Shown: one piece after another, positions 19,021 through 28,838 of the stretch
Position numbering within the stretch: the stretch's first letter is position 1
Layout of the letters: every line of letters begins with the position of its first letter
NCBI GenBank assembly: GCA_964456225.1
Contig: CAYWAV010000010.1
Coordinates: 1 to 63,952 of the forward strand
Length of the DNA stretch: 63,952 nt
Source of the DNA: an uncultured Chitinophaga sp.
GTDB taxonomy: Bacteria > Bacteroidota > Bacteroidia > 2-12-FULL-35-15
Reading direction: 5' to 3'
Made by a program: the position numbers and the translations under genes
The notes under the pieces: generated by a model
Databases searched by the model: none
The model's input: the letters and a program-made list of their open reading frames with translations, nothing else
What the model was told of the DNA's origin: nothing

Positions 19021-20289
19021 TTGCTTTTGAAAAAGATACTCTTCATACTTGCTATATTATCTGCTCCAATGCTTGCAGATGCTCAAATTTCTGCCATCTT
19101 CTCTGATGAGTTTCCCGATTCTACAAAAACACGTGTTGGCTTAACAGCGGATTACGGATTAAACGCTACGGCACTCACCTCACAATTCGTTTCAAAGTTT
19201 TATAAAGGTGGTTTTATTGACAAGGGTTTAAAAGATCAAGTTTTAAATCGCACAAAAAACATGAATACGATTGGTGCTGATTTAAATTATGGCGTTTATG
19301 TTGGAATTAAATTGGACTCCATTTTTCACAAAAAGAATGTTAGTTTGTTTTTTAGTATGCGCGACCGTGCACACTTTGATGCTCGTTATTCCAAAGATTT
19401 TTACAAAGTAGGCTTTTATGGAAACGCGGCTTATGCAGGACAAGTAGCAGACTTTAACGATTTTAATTTAAATTATCTTCGTTATCAGCAGTTGCAAGTA
19501 GGATTATTTTCTTCAAAATATGATAGTGCTGCACGCTGGGGAATTGCTGTTTCATTGTTAAAAGGAGAACAATACGCATCCATCTTTGCACAAAAAGCAG
19601 AGCTTTATACCAGTGAGGATGGGACGTACATTGATTTTAATACCAACATGCAAGTAGCACAATCCGATACTGCAAACAAAGGAATTGGTGCGTTTAATGG
19701 TATGGGTGCAAGTGTTGATATTTATTTTGAAGCACCCTTTAAAACAAGATTTGGCAATGCAAAGTTACGTGTATCCATTGCTGATATTGGAGCTATCAAG
19801 TTCAATAACAAGTCGCTTTTTCTAAATCAAGATTCCCTTTTTCATTACGATGGATTTCATGTGAACAGTGTTTATGATTTACAGGATTCAACTTTTGCTT
19901 CTACATCACAAGACAGTATAATCAATTCTGTTGCACCATTTAAAAACCAATCGTTTTCAGTTACACTCCCTTCTGTTTTAAATTTGAGTTATGAAATACA
20001 ATTCAATGAACATTTTTTATTGGTAGAAGGAATTCGTTATGTGTTCAACGGAAACTATAATTTGTTAGCTTATGTAAAAGGGAACTTTATTATCAATCCT
20101 AAATTTACTATTTCTGCAACGGTTGGCTATGGCGGATATGGGAAGTTTAATTATGGATTAGGAGCTTTTGCTAATCTTGGAAAAGGATTTATAATTTATG
20201 CCGGCAGTAGTAATTTGGAAGGTTTTATAACTCCTAAAAAAGCATCCGGACAAGCAGCATACATCTCATTGGTTAAAAATTTCAGATAA
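19021..20289 (+). CDS. Outer-membrane beta-barrel protein, DUF5723-like
   Basis: Signal peptide, alternating amphipathic strands, SIADIGAIKF, C-terminal aromatic residue (NFR); TTG start. Confidence 0.65.
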   Translation: MLLKKILFILAILSAPMLADAQISAIFSDEFPDSTKTRVGLTADYGLNATALTSQFVSKFYKGGFIDKGLKDQVLNRTKNMNTIGADLNYGVYVGIKLDSIFHKKNVSLFFSMRDRAHFDARYSKDFYKVGFYGNAAYAGQVADFNDFNLNYLRYQQLQVGLFSSKYDSAARWGIAVSLLKGEQYASIFAQKAELYTSEDGTYIDFNTNMQVAQSDTANKGIGAFNGMGASVDIYFEAPFKTRFGNAKLRVSIADIGAIKFNNKSLFLNQDSLFHYDGFHVNSVYDLQDSTFASTSQDSIINSVAPFKNQSFSVTLPSVLNLSYEIQFNEHFLLVEGIRYVFNGNYNLLAYVKGNFIINPKFTISATVGYGGYGKFNYGLGAFANLGKGFIIYAGSSNLEGFITPKKASGQAAYISLVKNFR

Positions 20290-20294
20290 ATAGT

Positions 20295-21110
20295 ATGTCG
20301 TTAAAGAATATAAAAAACATTAAACATTTAGAAAACAACAACTTCTTTTTAATTGCCGGTCCTTGCGCTGTTGAAACAGAAGAAATATGTTTTGAGATTG
20401 CAGAAAAGGCAAAAGCTGTAACGGATAAGCTAGGTATTCCCTACATCTTCAAAGCATCGTTTAAAAAAGCAAATCGTTCTCGATTGGATTCTTTTACCGG
20501 AATTGGTGATGAAAAAGGATTGGAAATTATAGCAAAAGTGGGTAAGCAATTGAATGTTCCAACACTTACAGATATTCATACCAACGAAGATGCAGCAATG
20601 GCTGCAAAGTATGTAGATGTTTTGCAAATCCCCGCTTTCTTGTGCCGTCAAACAGATTTATTGATTGCTGCAGCATTAACGGGCAAACATGTAAACATTA
20701 AGAAGGGACAATTTCTTTCGGCTGAGTCGATGAAATTTGCAGTGGATAAAGTTCGTGAATCGGGTAACTCAAATATTATGTTGACAGAGCGCGGAACGTT
20801 TTTAGGATATCAAGATTTAGTAGTTGACTTTAGAAGCATTCCTGAAATGCAAAAAAACAATGTTCCTGTAGTGATGGATATAACACATTCATTACAACAA
20901 CCGAATCAAACAAGTGGCGTTACAGGTGGCAAACCAGAGCTGATTGGAACAATTGCAAAAGCTGCGATAGCAGTGGGCGCAGATGGAATATTTTTAGAGA
21001 CGCATCCCAATCCCGCAAAAGCTAAATCAGATGGAGCCAACATGCTTCACCTCGATCATTTTGAAAAACTAATGATTGATTTGATGAAAATCAGAAATGC
21101 AATAAAATAA
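20295..21110 (+). CDS. kdsA: 3-deoxy-8-phosphooctulonate (KDO8P) synthase
   Basis: IAGPC, KASFKKANRS, QIPAFLCRQT, KKGQF, ERG, DITHSLQQP, ETHPNP, SDG motifs. Confidence 0.97.
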   Translation: MSLKNIKNIKHLENNNFFLIAGPCAVETEEICFEIAEKAKAVTDKLGIPYIFKASFKKANRSRLDSFTGIGDEKGLEIIAKVGKQLNVPTLTDIHTNEDAAMAAKYVDVLQIPAFLCRQTDLLIAAALTGKHVNIKKGQFLSAESMKFAVDKVRESGNSNIMLTERGTFLGYQDLVVDFRSIPEMQKNNVPVVMDITHSLQQPNQTSGVTGGKPELIGTIAKAAIAVGADGIFLETHPNPAKAKSDGANMLHLDHFEKLMIDLMKIRNAIK

Positions 21111-21115
21111 ACACG

Positions 21116-22594
21116 ATGAAAACAAAAAGGTTTCTTCTGCTTTTGGTTGCTTTAATTTCATTTGGGAATTTTATGAATGCTCAAATTAAGTTTAGAAAAG
21201 TAATTGGTAACACTGGTTACGATTATGGAGTTTCTGCTCAACAGACCATCGACAGTGGATACGTTGTACTTGGCTCTACAAGTAGTTTCGGAGCGGGAAG
21301 CACAGATATTTATATGGTTAAAACCGATTCACTTGGAGTTCCTTATTGGCACCAAACATTTGGAGGAATCAACATTGATAGAGGAACATGTGTGAAACAA
21401 ACGGCCGACACCGGTTATGTTATTTTAGGCTATACAAATAGTTTCGGAGCGGGTGGATATGATGTGTATTTAATTAAGTTAGATAAATTTTACAATACTA
21501 GCTGGACAAAAACATACGGAGGAACAAATTGGGATTTTGGAAATTGTGTAGAACAAACAACGGATGGTGGTTATATTATTTGTGGAGAAACATATAGTTA
21601 TGGAAATGGTGATGAAGATTATTACATCATCAAAACAGATGCATTAGGCGATACAACATGGACAAAGACATACGGGGGAATAAATCAAGATATTGCAAAA
21701 TCAATTATTGAAACCAGTGATGGGAATTATTTAGTAACAGGAACAAGTAAAAGCAATGGAGACATTGATGGTGATTTTTATACTCTAAAATTAAATTCCA
21801 TTAATGGAGATAGTTTATGGTCCAACAAGTATGGTGGACCTGCTGCTGATTTCGGGAACGATGTTGTTGAAAGTATGTTTGGAGGATATTTATTAACAGG
21901 AGAATCAAAAAATTTTGGACTCGGAAATTCCTATGGCATACTTGTGAAAATTTCTCCATTGGGTATAACCGATTCTGTTTTGACGTTAGGTGGCACCCAA
22001 GATGATGAATTTGTTTCACTTACCGAAGATGCTAACGGAAAAATATCAATGATAGGAACCACTAAATCCTATGGTGATGGCGGTGGGAATGGAGATATGT
22101 TTTTTTACACATTAAAAAGCGATTGGACCTATTATGGGTTAACAACATTTGGAACATTGCAAAGAGACAATGGCTTTTCTGTAGAACCAACAAACGACAA
22201 CGCATTTATTATTTGTGGAACAAGCAATGGTTTTAACATGGGTATTGACGATATCTATTTGATAAAAACAGACACATTGTGTTTGGCTACTGTTGCAACA
22301 AGCAACTTTTACACTTCAATTTATGATTACAGTAGCGCTCCAACAGTTCAACTGAACATTTATCCAAACCCGGCAAGTGATAAAATTAATATTGATTTGC
22401 ATTTATTTGAAGGAGAAACAACTATTGAACTGTTTGATGCTTTTGGAAAAAAAGTTGTTTCTGAGGAGTTAGAAGTTAAAGGGAATGAAACGATTTTTCT
22501 TGAATCAGAAAGTTTAACACAAGGAATCTATTTGATTCGTGTTTCAGATAAACAATCTGTTAAAACACAAAAAATAGTTATTCAACATGAATGA
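21116..22594 (+). CDS. T9SS type A cargo with beta-propeller-like repeats
   Basis: Repeated T-D-G-Y-[VI]...D-Y-[LI]-K-D units; C-terminal IYPNPA...GIYLIRV...KTQKIVI CTD. Confidence 0.88.
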   Translation: MKTKRFLLLLVALISFGNFMNAQIKFRKVIGNTGYDYGVSAQQTIDSGYVVLGSTSSFGAGSTDIYMVKTDSLGVPYWHQTFGGINIDRGTCVKQTADTGYVILGYTNSFGAGGYDVYLIKLDKFYNTSWTKTYGGTNWDFGNCVEQTTDGGYIICGETYSYGNGDEDYYIIKTDALGDTTWTKTYGGINQDIAKSIIETSDGNYLVTGTSKSNGDIDGDFYTLKLNSINGDSLWSNKYGGPAADFGNDVVESMFGGYLLTGESKNFGLGNSYGILVKISPLGITDSVLTLGGTQDDEFVSLTEDANGKISMIGTTKSYGDGGGNGDMFFYTLKSDWTYYGLTTFGTLQRDNGFSVEPTNDNAFIICGTSNGFNMGIDDIYLIKTDTLCLATVATSNFYTSIYDYSSAPTVQLNIYPNPASDKINIDLHLFEGETTIELFDAFGKKVVSEELEVKGNETIFLESESLTQGIYLIRVSDKQSVKTQKIVIQHE

Positions 22595-22653
22595 ATTTTT
22601 TATTTTTGCATGTAATTTAATAATCTATAATTCAACATTTATAATTTCTATTT

Positions 22654-23361
22654 ATGGGACGAGTATTTGAAAAGCGTAAGTATAAAATGTTTGCACGCTA
22701 TGATAAAATGGCAAAAGGCTTTACAAGAATTGGAAAAGAGATTGCAATAGCAATAAAGCTTGGTGGTGGAGATCCGGATGGTAATTCCAGATTGCGTGTG
22801 GCAATTCAAAATGCCAAAGGATTAAATATGCCAAAGGTGAATATTGATGCGGCAATAAAACGTGCCACTTCAAAAGATTCAACCAATTTAGAAGAAGTTG
22901 TTTATGAAGGGAAAGGTCTTTATGGAATTGCGATTTTAATTGAATGTGCAACCGATAATCCAACTCGTACCGTTGCGAATGTTCGCATGAACTTTAATAA
23001 ATACGGTGGAGAATTAGGCAAAACAGGCTCTCTCGACTACTTATTCGACCGCAAAGGTGTATTCCGCATTAAAAATGAAAATGTTTCTGCAGAAGACTTA
23101 GAATTGGAATTGATTGATTTCGGTGCAGATGAAATAGAAAGCGATGAAGAAGAAATTGTAATTTATACTGCATTCACCGATTTTGGTAACATGCAGAAAG
23201 CATTGGAAGTAAAAAAATTCAACATCATCAGTTCTGAGTTAGAAAGAATTCCAAATTTAACTGTTGAGTTAAGCGATGCACAAGTGGAAGAAGTTATGAA
23301 ACTAGTGAGTAAGTTGGAGGAAGACGATGATGTGCAGACGGTTTATCATAATATGAAATAG
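22654..23361 (+). CDS. yebC: YebC/PmpR family protein
   Basis: MGRVFEKRK, NMPKVNIDAAIKRA, YEGKG, TDNPTRT, DDDVQTVYHN motifs; -7 box TATTTTTG at 22601. Confidence 0.95.
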   Translation: MGRVFEKRKYKMFARYDKMAKGFTRIGKEIAIAIKLGGGDPDGNSRLRVAIQNAKGLNMPKVNIDAAIKRATSKDSTNLEEVVYEGKGLYGIAILIECATDNPTRTVANVRMNFNKYGGELGKTGSLDYLFDRKGVFRIKNENVSAEDLELELIDFGADEIESDEEEIVIYTAFTDFGNMQKALEVKKFNIISSELERIPNLTVELSDAQVEEVMKLVSKLEEDDDVQTVYHNMK

Positions 23362-23367
23362 TAGTTG

Positions 23368-23417
23368 CTCGCAGACCTGCCTACCGGCAGGCAGGTTTTG
23401 CAGAGAAACGCAGAGAA
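23368..23417. repeat. GCAGA 9-10-bp micro-array interrupted by a 20-bp CCTGCC palindrome
   Basis: ctcgcaga[cctgcctaccggcaggcagg]ttttgcagagaaacgcagaga; palindrome at 23376-23395. Confidence 0.8.
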
Positions 23418-23744
23418 ATTTTCTTCTGCTTTTTTTTTGATTTCGAATCTGTTCTAAGGAATAATTGAGAGAGCAAAAGTTGATGTTTATTTCTTTACAA
23501 GATCCTCTAGAATCTTTTTATATTCTTCAAATCGATGTTCTTTAATCGGCTTAATCACTGGTTCAGTTGAAAAATGCAAGAGTCAATAAAGGGAAATCCT
23601 TTTATAGTCATCAACATATTTATACTTAAGCAGCTTGCTATTTTTAATTCGCGGCTTTATTTTATTGTGATAAGGATACACCCTGTCTAATTTTCTATTA
23701 TACCTTAGGGCTCTATGGCGGGCACAGAAAGCGTTTCTAAACTA

Positions 23745-24215
23745 TTAATTTTCTACGAAGCCCAATTTAATAAATTTATGAAAAATTGTCTTAAGAAGCG
23801 GAATGCGCTTTTTGCGCTTGCCTTTGTTAGAGTAGTGAGTTAATATAAGTAAATTATTTGTCGTAGTCTTTTCGTGTTTATATCCTCCTTTTTTGTCAGA
23901 AATTATTTGCATTGGCCTGTCTTGGCTGTCTTGCCTGTAAATAGTGTCGTTTTTCTCTGGATATTTTTTGTCATACAAAATGGCTCGTGTTTTTGTGAAA
24001 TACAAACCTGTTTCTGCAATATCAAAGACCACTGTGCCCTTTGGAGCAATACTATCTGTCTTATATAATATAGCTTTTTTTTCTGGCCCTTTCATTACTT
24101 TCTTATACATGTAACGATCAGATTTGTTTTTTACAGTAATTGTTGCATTCTGAGATTGTAAATTCTTACAAAAAATAAGACACAGAACGATTATAAGTAT
24201 ATTATTCTTTTTCAT
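23745..24215 (-). CDS. Hypothetical exported protein, C-terminal part possibly degenerate
   Basis: Signal peptide and natural N-terminal two-thirds; the C-terminal third looks atypical. Confidence 0.55.
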   Translation of the reverse strand: MKKNNILIIVLCLIFCKNLQSQNATITVKNKSDRYMYKKVMKGPEKKAILYKTDSIAPKGTVVFDIAETGLYFTKTRAILYDKKYPEKNDTIYRQDSQDRPMQIISDKKGGYKHEKTTTNNLLILTHYSNKGKRKKRIPLLKTIFHKFIKLGFVEN

Positions 24216-24483
24216 ACTTCATCTAGTTTCTATTTTCAAATCATCTATAAATATAAATTTAATATTTTTCTTTCAATAAACTATTTCCAAGCTTATCACT
24301 GCTAATATTAATAGGGTGCAAGCGCACCTATAATTCGGCCAGTTTAAAAATAGAAAACAAAAGAATGTTTTACTAATTTTAATGGTAGAAAATGAAAAGC
24401 ACCCAATTGCAGAAAATTAAATCGTAGCTATGCTGAAGTCGCATGAGCAAGGAATAAAAGCAAGTCATATAACCATAATTCAT

Positions 24484-24521
24484 AAAAAAACACCTTGCCC
24501 ATTAGGGCAAAGTGTTTTTTT
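24484..24521 (-). terminator. Intrinsic terminator of the metalloprotease gene
   Basis: aaaaaaacac-c-ttgccc/gggcaa-a-gtgttttttt stem. Confidence 0.75.
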
Positions 24522-24543
24522 GAAAATTTTAATTAGAAAATAC

Positions 24544-27528
24544 TTATTTAATCACAGCCACTTTTTGCACGTGATCTTTTTTACCTGTTTTAATGTTCAA
24601 TTGATAAATACCTGCTGCAAAAGCATCTGTATCAATTTTCAAAGAGTGTCGTCCAATATTACTTTCTTTCACAGCTTGCGTAAAAATAACTTGTCCAATA
24701 GCATTTGTAAGAACTATACTTACATCTTCGCTGTTTAGTAATTCATAAGAAACATTAATAACGTTGCTTGCTGGATTTGGATAAACACTAACAAAAGCTA
24801 CAGATGTATTTTCATCAATACCTACAGAAGCTTGTTCGTACAAATAATAATCATCCAATGCACCTTCTACTAAACTACCACCATTTAAATATGCTCCGGT
24901 AATTAAACTATCAGAAGTCATGAAACGCATTTGAACTGTTGAGCTCAATGGCACATAATCGGTAACTCTGTAAGCAAATCGTCTCCAGCTTTTATCAGAA
25001 ATTTGTGTTGCCTCAACAGGAACCCAAGTAGCTCCACCATCGTTTGAGATTTGAGTGAGCCAATAATCTTGTCCAGGATTAGCGCCTGAGTTATTACTCC
25101 ACCAACGGTTGTAAGTAAAAATTGGATTGGTATAAGTACTCAAGTTATAAATAGGTGATTCTAATGTTGTGATTCCCGCATCCACATCGTTTGTTCCCAA
25201 ACCGGCTGTACTGGTTGGAGCATTTCCTGTGATTGCACACATACTTCCACCAGGAGTGGTTTGTGAGCCAGGTTGACAAATTGTAGAAGGTGTTCCCGGT
25301 GTTCCGTAGGAAGGAACCGGCACATCTACCAACCATTGTCCTGTTGTTGCATTATCAGAAGCAACACCTTGTCCCCAAGCACCAAAATTAACATCGAAAT
25401 CTTCTTCCACCATTAAGGAAACGCCATTCAAAATAAAATAAGGAAGGTTTGGATTGGCATCATCAGCACCTGCAGGTCGCACAACACTTAAGCTACCAGT
25501 AGTTCCCATCAAACCTAAATAATAACCAATTACAGTTCCATTTGGTTGAGCAGGAATGGTTGCTGTATAATTTATTCCACTTACAAGCGTCATTGGTGTG
25601 TTTGTCCATGCACCCAAACGGTTAATTTTATAATACAGCTGTACAGAAGTTAAAGCCCAAGGATAAACAACACTTACAGAAGCATTGATTGGAATACCTG
25701 CAGTAGAAACAGAAGCTGTAACAGGTGTGTGAGTAATAACTGCATTTGATAAAAGAGTGATGCCGTGTAAATCAAAAGCATCTACAATGGCGTTATCTCT
25801 TGGCGTTCCGTTTGTAATATCATTATCTCCACCATTGATTGGTAAATCATCCGTAGTTAATGCTTCAATTAAAATATCTACAAAAACTTGTCCTTCTGAT
25901 CCATTAGGGCCTGTTATTGTAGCATAAAATGTTTCTTTATACAAGTCCATCATTTCTTGCAAGTTGGCAAAATTCAAATTGGTATCCCACCAGCAGCCGG
26001 CAATAATTTCACCATCTGCATGCACCTCACCTACTAAATTCTGAGGATATACTTTTTTATTGATGTCATAACGTCTAACAACAACTGTTGGATCGGTATC
26101 ATCAAATCCAATTCCTAAAATAGGGCTAGCAGTTATTCCCAGTGCCCAGATATCAGCATAACCTTCACCCATTGCTCCGTTATCAAATGAGGCACCCTGT
26201 GAAGTATAAAATTTATCATTAATCCCATGACCATATTCGTGATAAACAACATCACCTACTTGTGCCAATGAATTGCATCCACCACCTGTTGCATAAAAAT
26301 TAATGGAAACACCATTGTAAAAAGCATTACAAGTACCTGTTTCGTCTACATTGGTTAATAATGCATTGTCCATATCCGTAAAAGCAGGGAATTTAGTTTT
26401 CATATAATCGTGAACAATATTCACATGATAGTATGCTGATAATTCACGAATGTTTGCATCTGCATTAAATGAATAGGTATTTGTTCCCGGATTTGCAGTT
26501 GCAGTATACGTAGGTGTTACTCCACCTGTTTCTACCTTTGACCAAAGTCCTTGTAATGAAAAAGTAACACTCACAGGAGTTACACTTGGCAATCCAATAT
26601 ATCCTAAAGCATCGGTATTATAAGTTGTTGCTCCTTGCACCATTTCCATATTTACCAATGGTTTTATCTGACTTGGGTCATAAGGATTTGTTGGATATAC
26701 AGTTCCTGTTATAGTAATATCCGTTGCAGCCGGAGGAGTTGGAGGTGCTGTTGGTTTTGCATCGTAGTGTAACACTTGGTTAGTACGAGAAAGTATTTCA
26801 CCTGTATTCGCATCTACCAATGTTAAGTATTTAGCAGGAACACCTGACAAATCAACCGTTTCAATGGTTGCTTCGTAAACTAAATGATAAATATTTTTTT
26901 TGAATTCAGGAACTGGTAAAATAAACAAATCGCTTTTAACAGATGTATTTACAACTGCATCCAAAATTCCAACTTTTGCAAATGTGATGGCATCGCTACT
27001 TGAGATGGTCGGACTAATAGAAATCGTAATGTCATTATAGACATCACAACCAAAAGTAACAACACTTCCTGATGGAGTCATTTTTACATACACATCGCTG
27101 TACAATACTTTTAATCCACTGTGGAACTGATTAAAATGTACATATTGAAAGTTTTCGGAAGTGCCGCCACCTGCATAGTTTAGTTCAGATACAGGAATAT
27201 TAAAACCCGAAAGTTTAGAAGTGATAAAGTTCATTGCTTTTGTTTGAGGATCCATTCCAAAAACAGGGACTGGTTTACCGTATGCACGATGAGGTTTAGC
27301 GTTTTCTTCATTAAAGATTACATACCAAGTGCCGTTTGTAGCAACAAAGTTTTGCCATTCCGCTGTTTCGCGCAATGATTGCTGAAAAGCAACATCCGGC
27401 AAACGTTTAGTGTTTTTAATAAAACGAACATCATTTTTGTTGGCATTAGAAATAATACCACCTTCAGATGCTGTTAGGCTAAACGATGCTAACATCATTA
27501 TAGCAAGTGTGTAATTTTTAATAGTCAT
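24544..27528 (-). CDS. Secreted zinc metalloprotease (M4 thermolysin/M36 fungalysin-like, FTP/PepSY propeptide) with T9SS type A CTD
   Basis: NAFY, HEYGH zinc motif, downstream GEGYAD third ligand, EVHADG; VYPNPA CTD. Confidence 0.9.
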   Translation of the reverse strand: MTIKNYTLAIMMLASFSLTASEGGIISNANKNDVRFIKNTKRLPDVAFQQSLRETAEWQNFVATNGTWYVIFNEENAKPHRAYGKPVPVFGMDPQTKAMNFITSKLSGFNIPVSELNYAGGGTSENFQYVHFNQFHSGLKVLYSDVYVKMTPSGSVVTFGCDVYNDITISISPTISSSDAITFAKVGILDAVVNTSVKSDLFILPVPEFKKNIYHLVYEATIETVDLSGVPAKYLTLVDANTGEILSRTNQVLHYDAKPTAPPTPPAATDITITGTVYPTNPYDPSQIKPLVNMEMVQGATTYNTDALGYIGLPSVTPVSVTFSLQGLWSKVETGGVTPTYTATANPGTNTYSFNADANIRELSAYYHVNIVHDYMKTKFPAFTDMDNALLTNVDETGTCNAFYNGVSINFYATGGGCNSLAQVGDVVYHEYGHGINDKFYTSQGASFDNGAMGEGYADIWALGITASPILGIGFDDTDPTVVVRRYDINKKVYPQNLVGEVHADGEIIAGCWWDTNLNFANLQEMMDLYKETFYATITGPNGSEGQVFVDILIEALTTDDLPINGGDNDITNGTPRDNAIVDAFDLHGITLLSNAVITHTPVTASVSTAGIPINASVSVVYPWALTSVQLYYKINRLGAWTNTPMTLVSGINYTATIPAQPNGTVIGYYLGLMGTTGSLSVVRPAGADDANPNLPYFILNGVSLMVEEDFDVNFGAWGQGVASDNATTGQWLVDVPVPSYGTPGTPSTICQPGSQTTPGGSMCAITGNAPTSTAGLGTNDVDAGITTLESPIYNLSTYTNPIFTYNRWWSNNSGANPGQDYWLTQISNDGGATWVPVEATQISDKSWRRFAYRVTDYVPLSSTVQMRFMTSDSLITGAYLNGGSLVEGALDDYYLYEQASVGIDENTSVAFVSVYPNPASNVINVSYELLNSEDVSIVLTNAIGQVIFTQAVKESNIGRHSLKIDTDAFAAGIYQLNIKTGKKDHVQKVAVIK

Positions 27529-27627
27529 GTAGCATTTGGGTTTTGTGATTATATGATAAAGAAAAGAAAAAAAACCCTAAAAGGCAAATTAATTTATCAG
27601 AAAGAATGGCAATTGATAATTGAAAAA

Positions 27628-28752
27628 TTAGCGGATTAAAATCACATGACCTGTTGTGAAAATGTATCGTGCCTTATTTTTATAGCTTAACTTGTAAACA
27701 TAAACGCCCTGTTCTGCCTTCTGCTGATGGTAGGTTCCATCCCATTGGTCGTAAAGGCTGGTCGACAAAAAGATACGCTCTCCCCACCTGTCAAAAATAC
27801 TGATCTCAAAATCATTGATATTTTCACCAACCGCTCCGAAAAAATCATTGTTGCCATCGCCATTTGGACTGAAAGAGTTTGGAATAAACAAAGTACCCTC
27901 TATGGGATTGCTTGGAACAACAGGGTTTCCATTGCAATTATCATTGAATACTTCTACCGTATCAACTTGTGAACAAGAGCCACTTATCTGCTCTACCCAA
28001 TAAACTCCGGATGTATTAACAGATATTCCGGATGTTATTTCACCAGTGCTCCAAAGATATGAGGTTGCACCAGTAGCGGCATTTAACATAATTGTTTGCC
28101 CGGCACACAAAGGCAGATCAGCACCCAAATTCAAGGCCGTTAAGGGATAAACTTCTACCATATCAATATACATATAGGTGAAACTGGGAGCACCATTGTT
28201 TTGAAATCCTCCCAAAGTCATGAATTTTTCTCCACCTATTGCAGTATAAGTTCCTGTTATTTTAGTCCAGATGGTTGGATCAAACGGAACAACACCTTGC
28301 ACATGGGCTGACATTCCAGCATTATAAGGATTGGTAGTAATTTCAGTTACGGAAAAACGTGCACCCATTGACGGAGCGATAATCGGAGTTTGATCACAAA
28401 CGGATGCATAAAATGAAACACAATAAGTCGTTCCGGCTACCATGGCTTGTGTTAATTGAACCTGTATATATTCAGAATTTATGGGCTGACAATCCACTCC
28501 GATATATTTTGTACCATCAAATGCAGGAATGGAAGATGGAGGAAAAAAAACAGCGGTATTATAACAAACATCAGCGGTATTTAAAGCAGGATTAATTGGT
28601 TCGGAATGATCTTTCCAATCAAGCAGACAAGCCAGTTCAGGCGAATTAGGAAAGCAATTCAAGGTGTCTTCAAAACTCGGATTAGGCACTAAGTTTTGTG
28701 CTATCAAGTTTGATGAACAAAAAAGTATGAAAAGGAATAGTGCTTTTTTCAT
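27628..28752 (-). CDS. T9SS type B cargo (gliding-motility-associated C-terminal domain)
   Basis: QNLVPNPSFE N terminus; IPNSFSPNGDGNND...FDRWG...WDG...GVYVY...GHVILIR CTD. Confidence 0.9.
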   Translation of the reverse strand: MKKALFLFILFCSSNLIAQNLVPNPSFEDTLNCFPNSPELACLLDWKDHSEPINPALNTADVCYNTAVFFPPSSIPAFDGTKYIGVDCQPINSEYIQVQLTQAMVAGTTYCVSFYASVCDQTPIIAPSMGARFSVTEITTNPYNAGMSAHVQGVVPFDPTIWTKITGTYTAIGGEKFMTLGGFQNNGAPSFTYMYIDMVEVYPLTALNLGADLPLCAGQTIMLNAATGATSYLWSTGEITSGISVNTSGVYWVEQISGSCSQVDTVEVFNDNCNGNPVVPSNPIEGTLFIPNSFSPNGDGNNDFFGAVGENINDFEISIFDRWGERIFLSTSLYDQWDGTYHQQKAEQGVYVYKLSYKNKARYIFTTGHVILIR

Positions 28753-28838
28753 TTGATTATTATCTTATTATACAATTATTCAATTGCTGCAATTACAATA
28801 AACTTCTTTTCTGATTTGCTACTCATCTCCCTTGAAGA

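Noticed and set aside
23583-23585. Selenocysteine or read-through at the in-frame TGA
   Set aside because: The frame has no start codon, is preceded by TAA-TAG, and shows no redox motif or evident SECIS hairpin.
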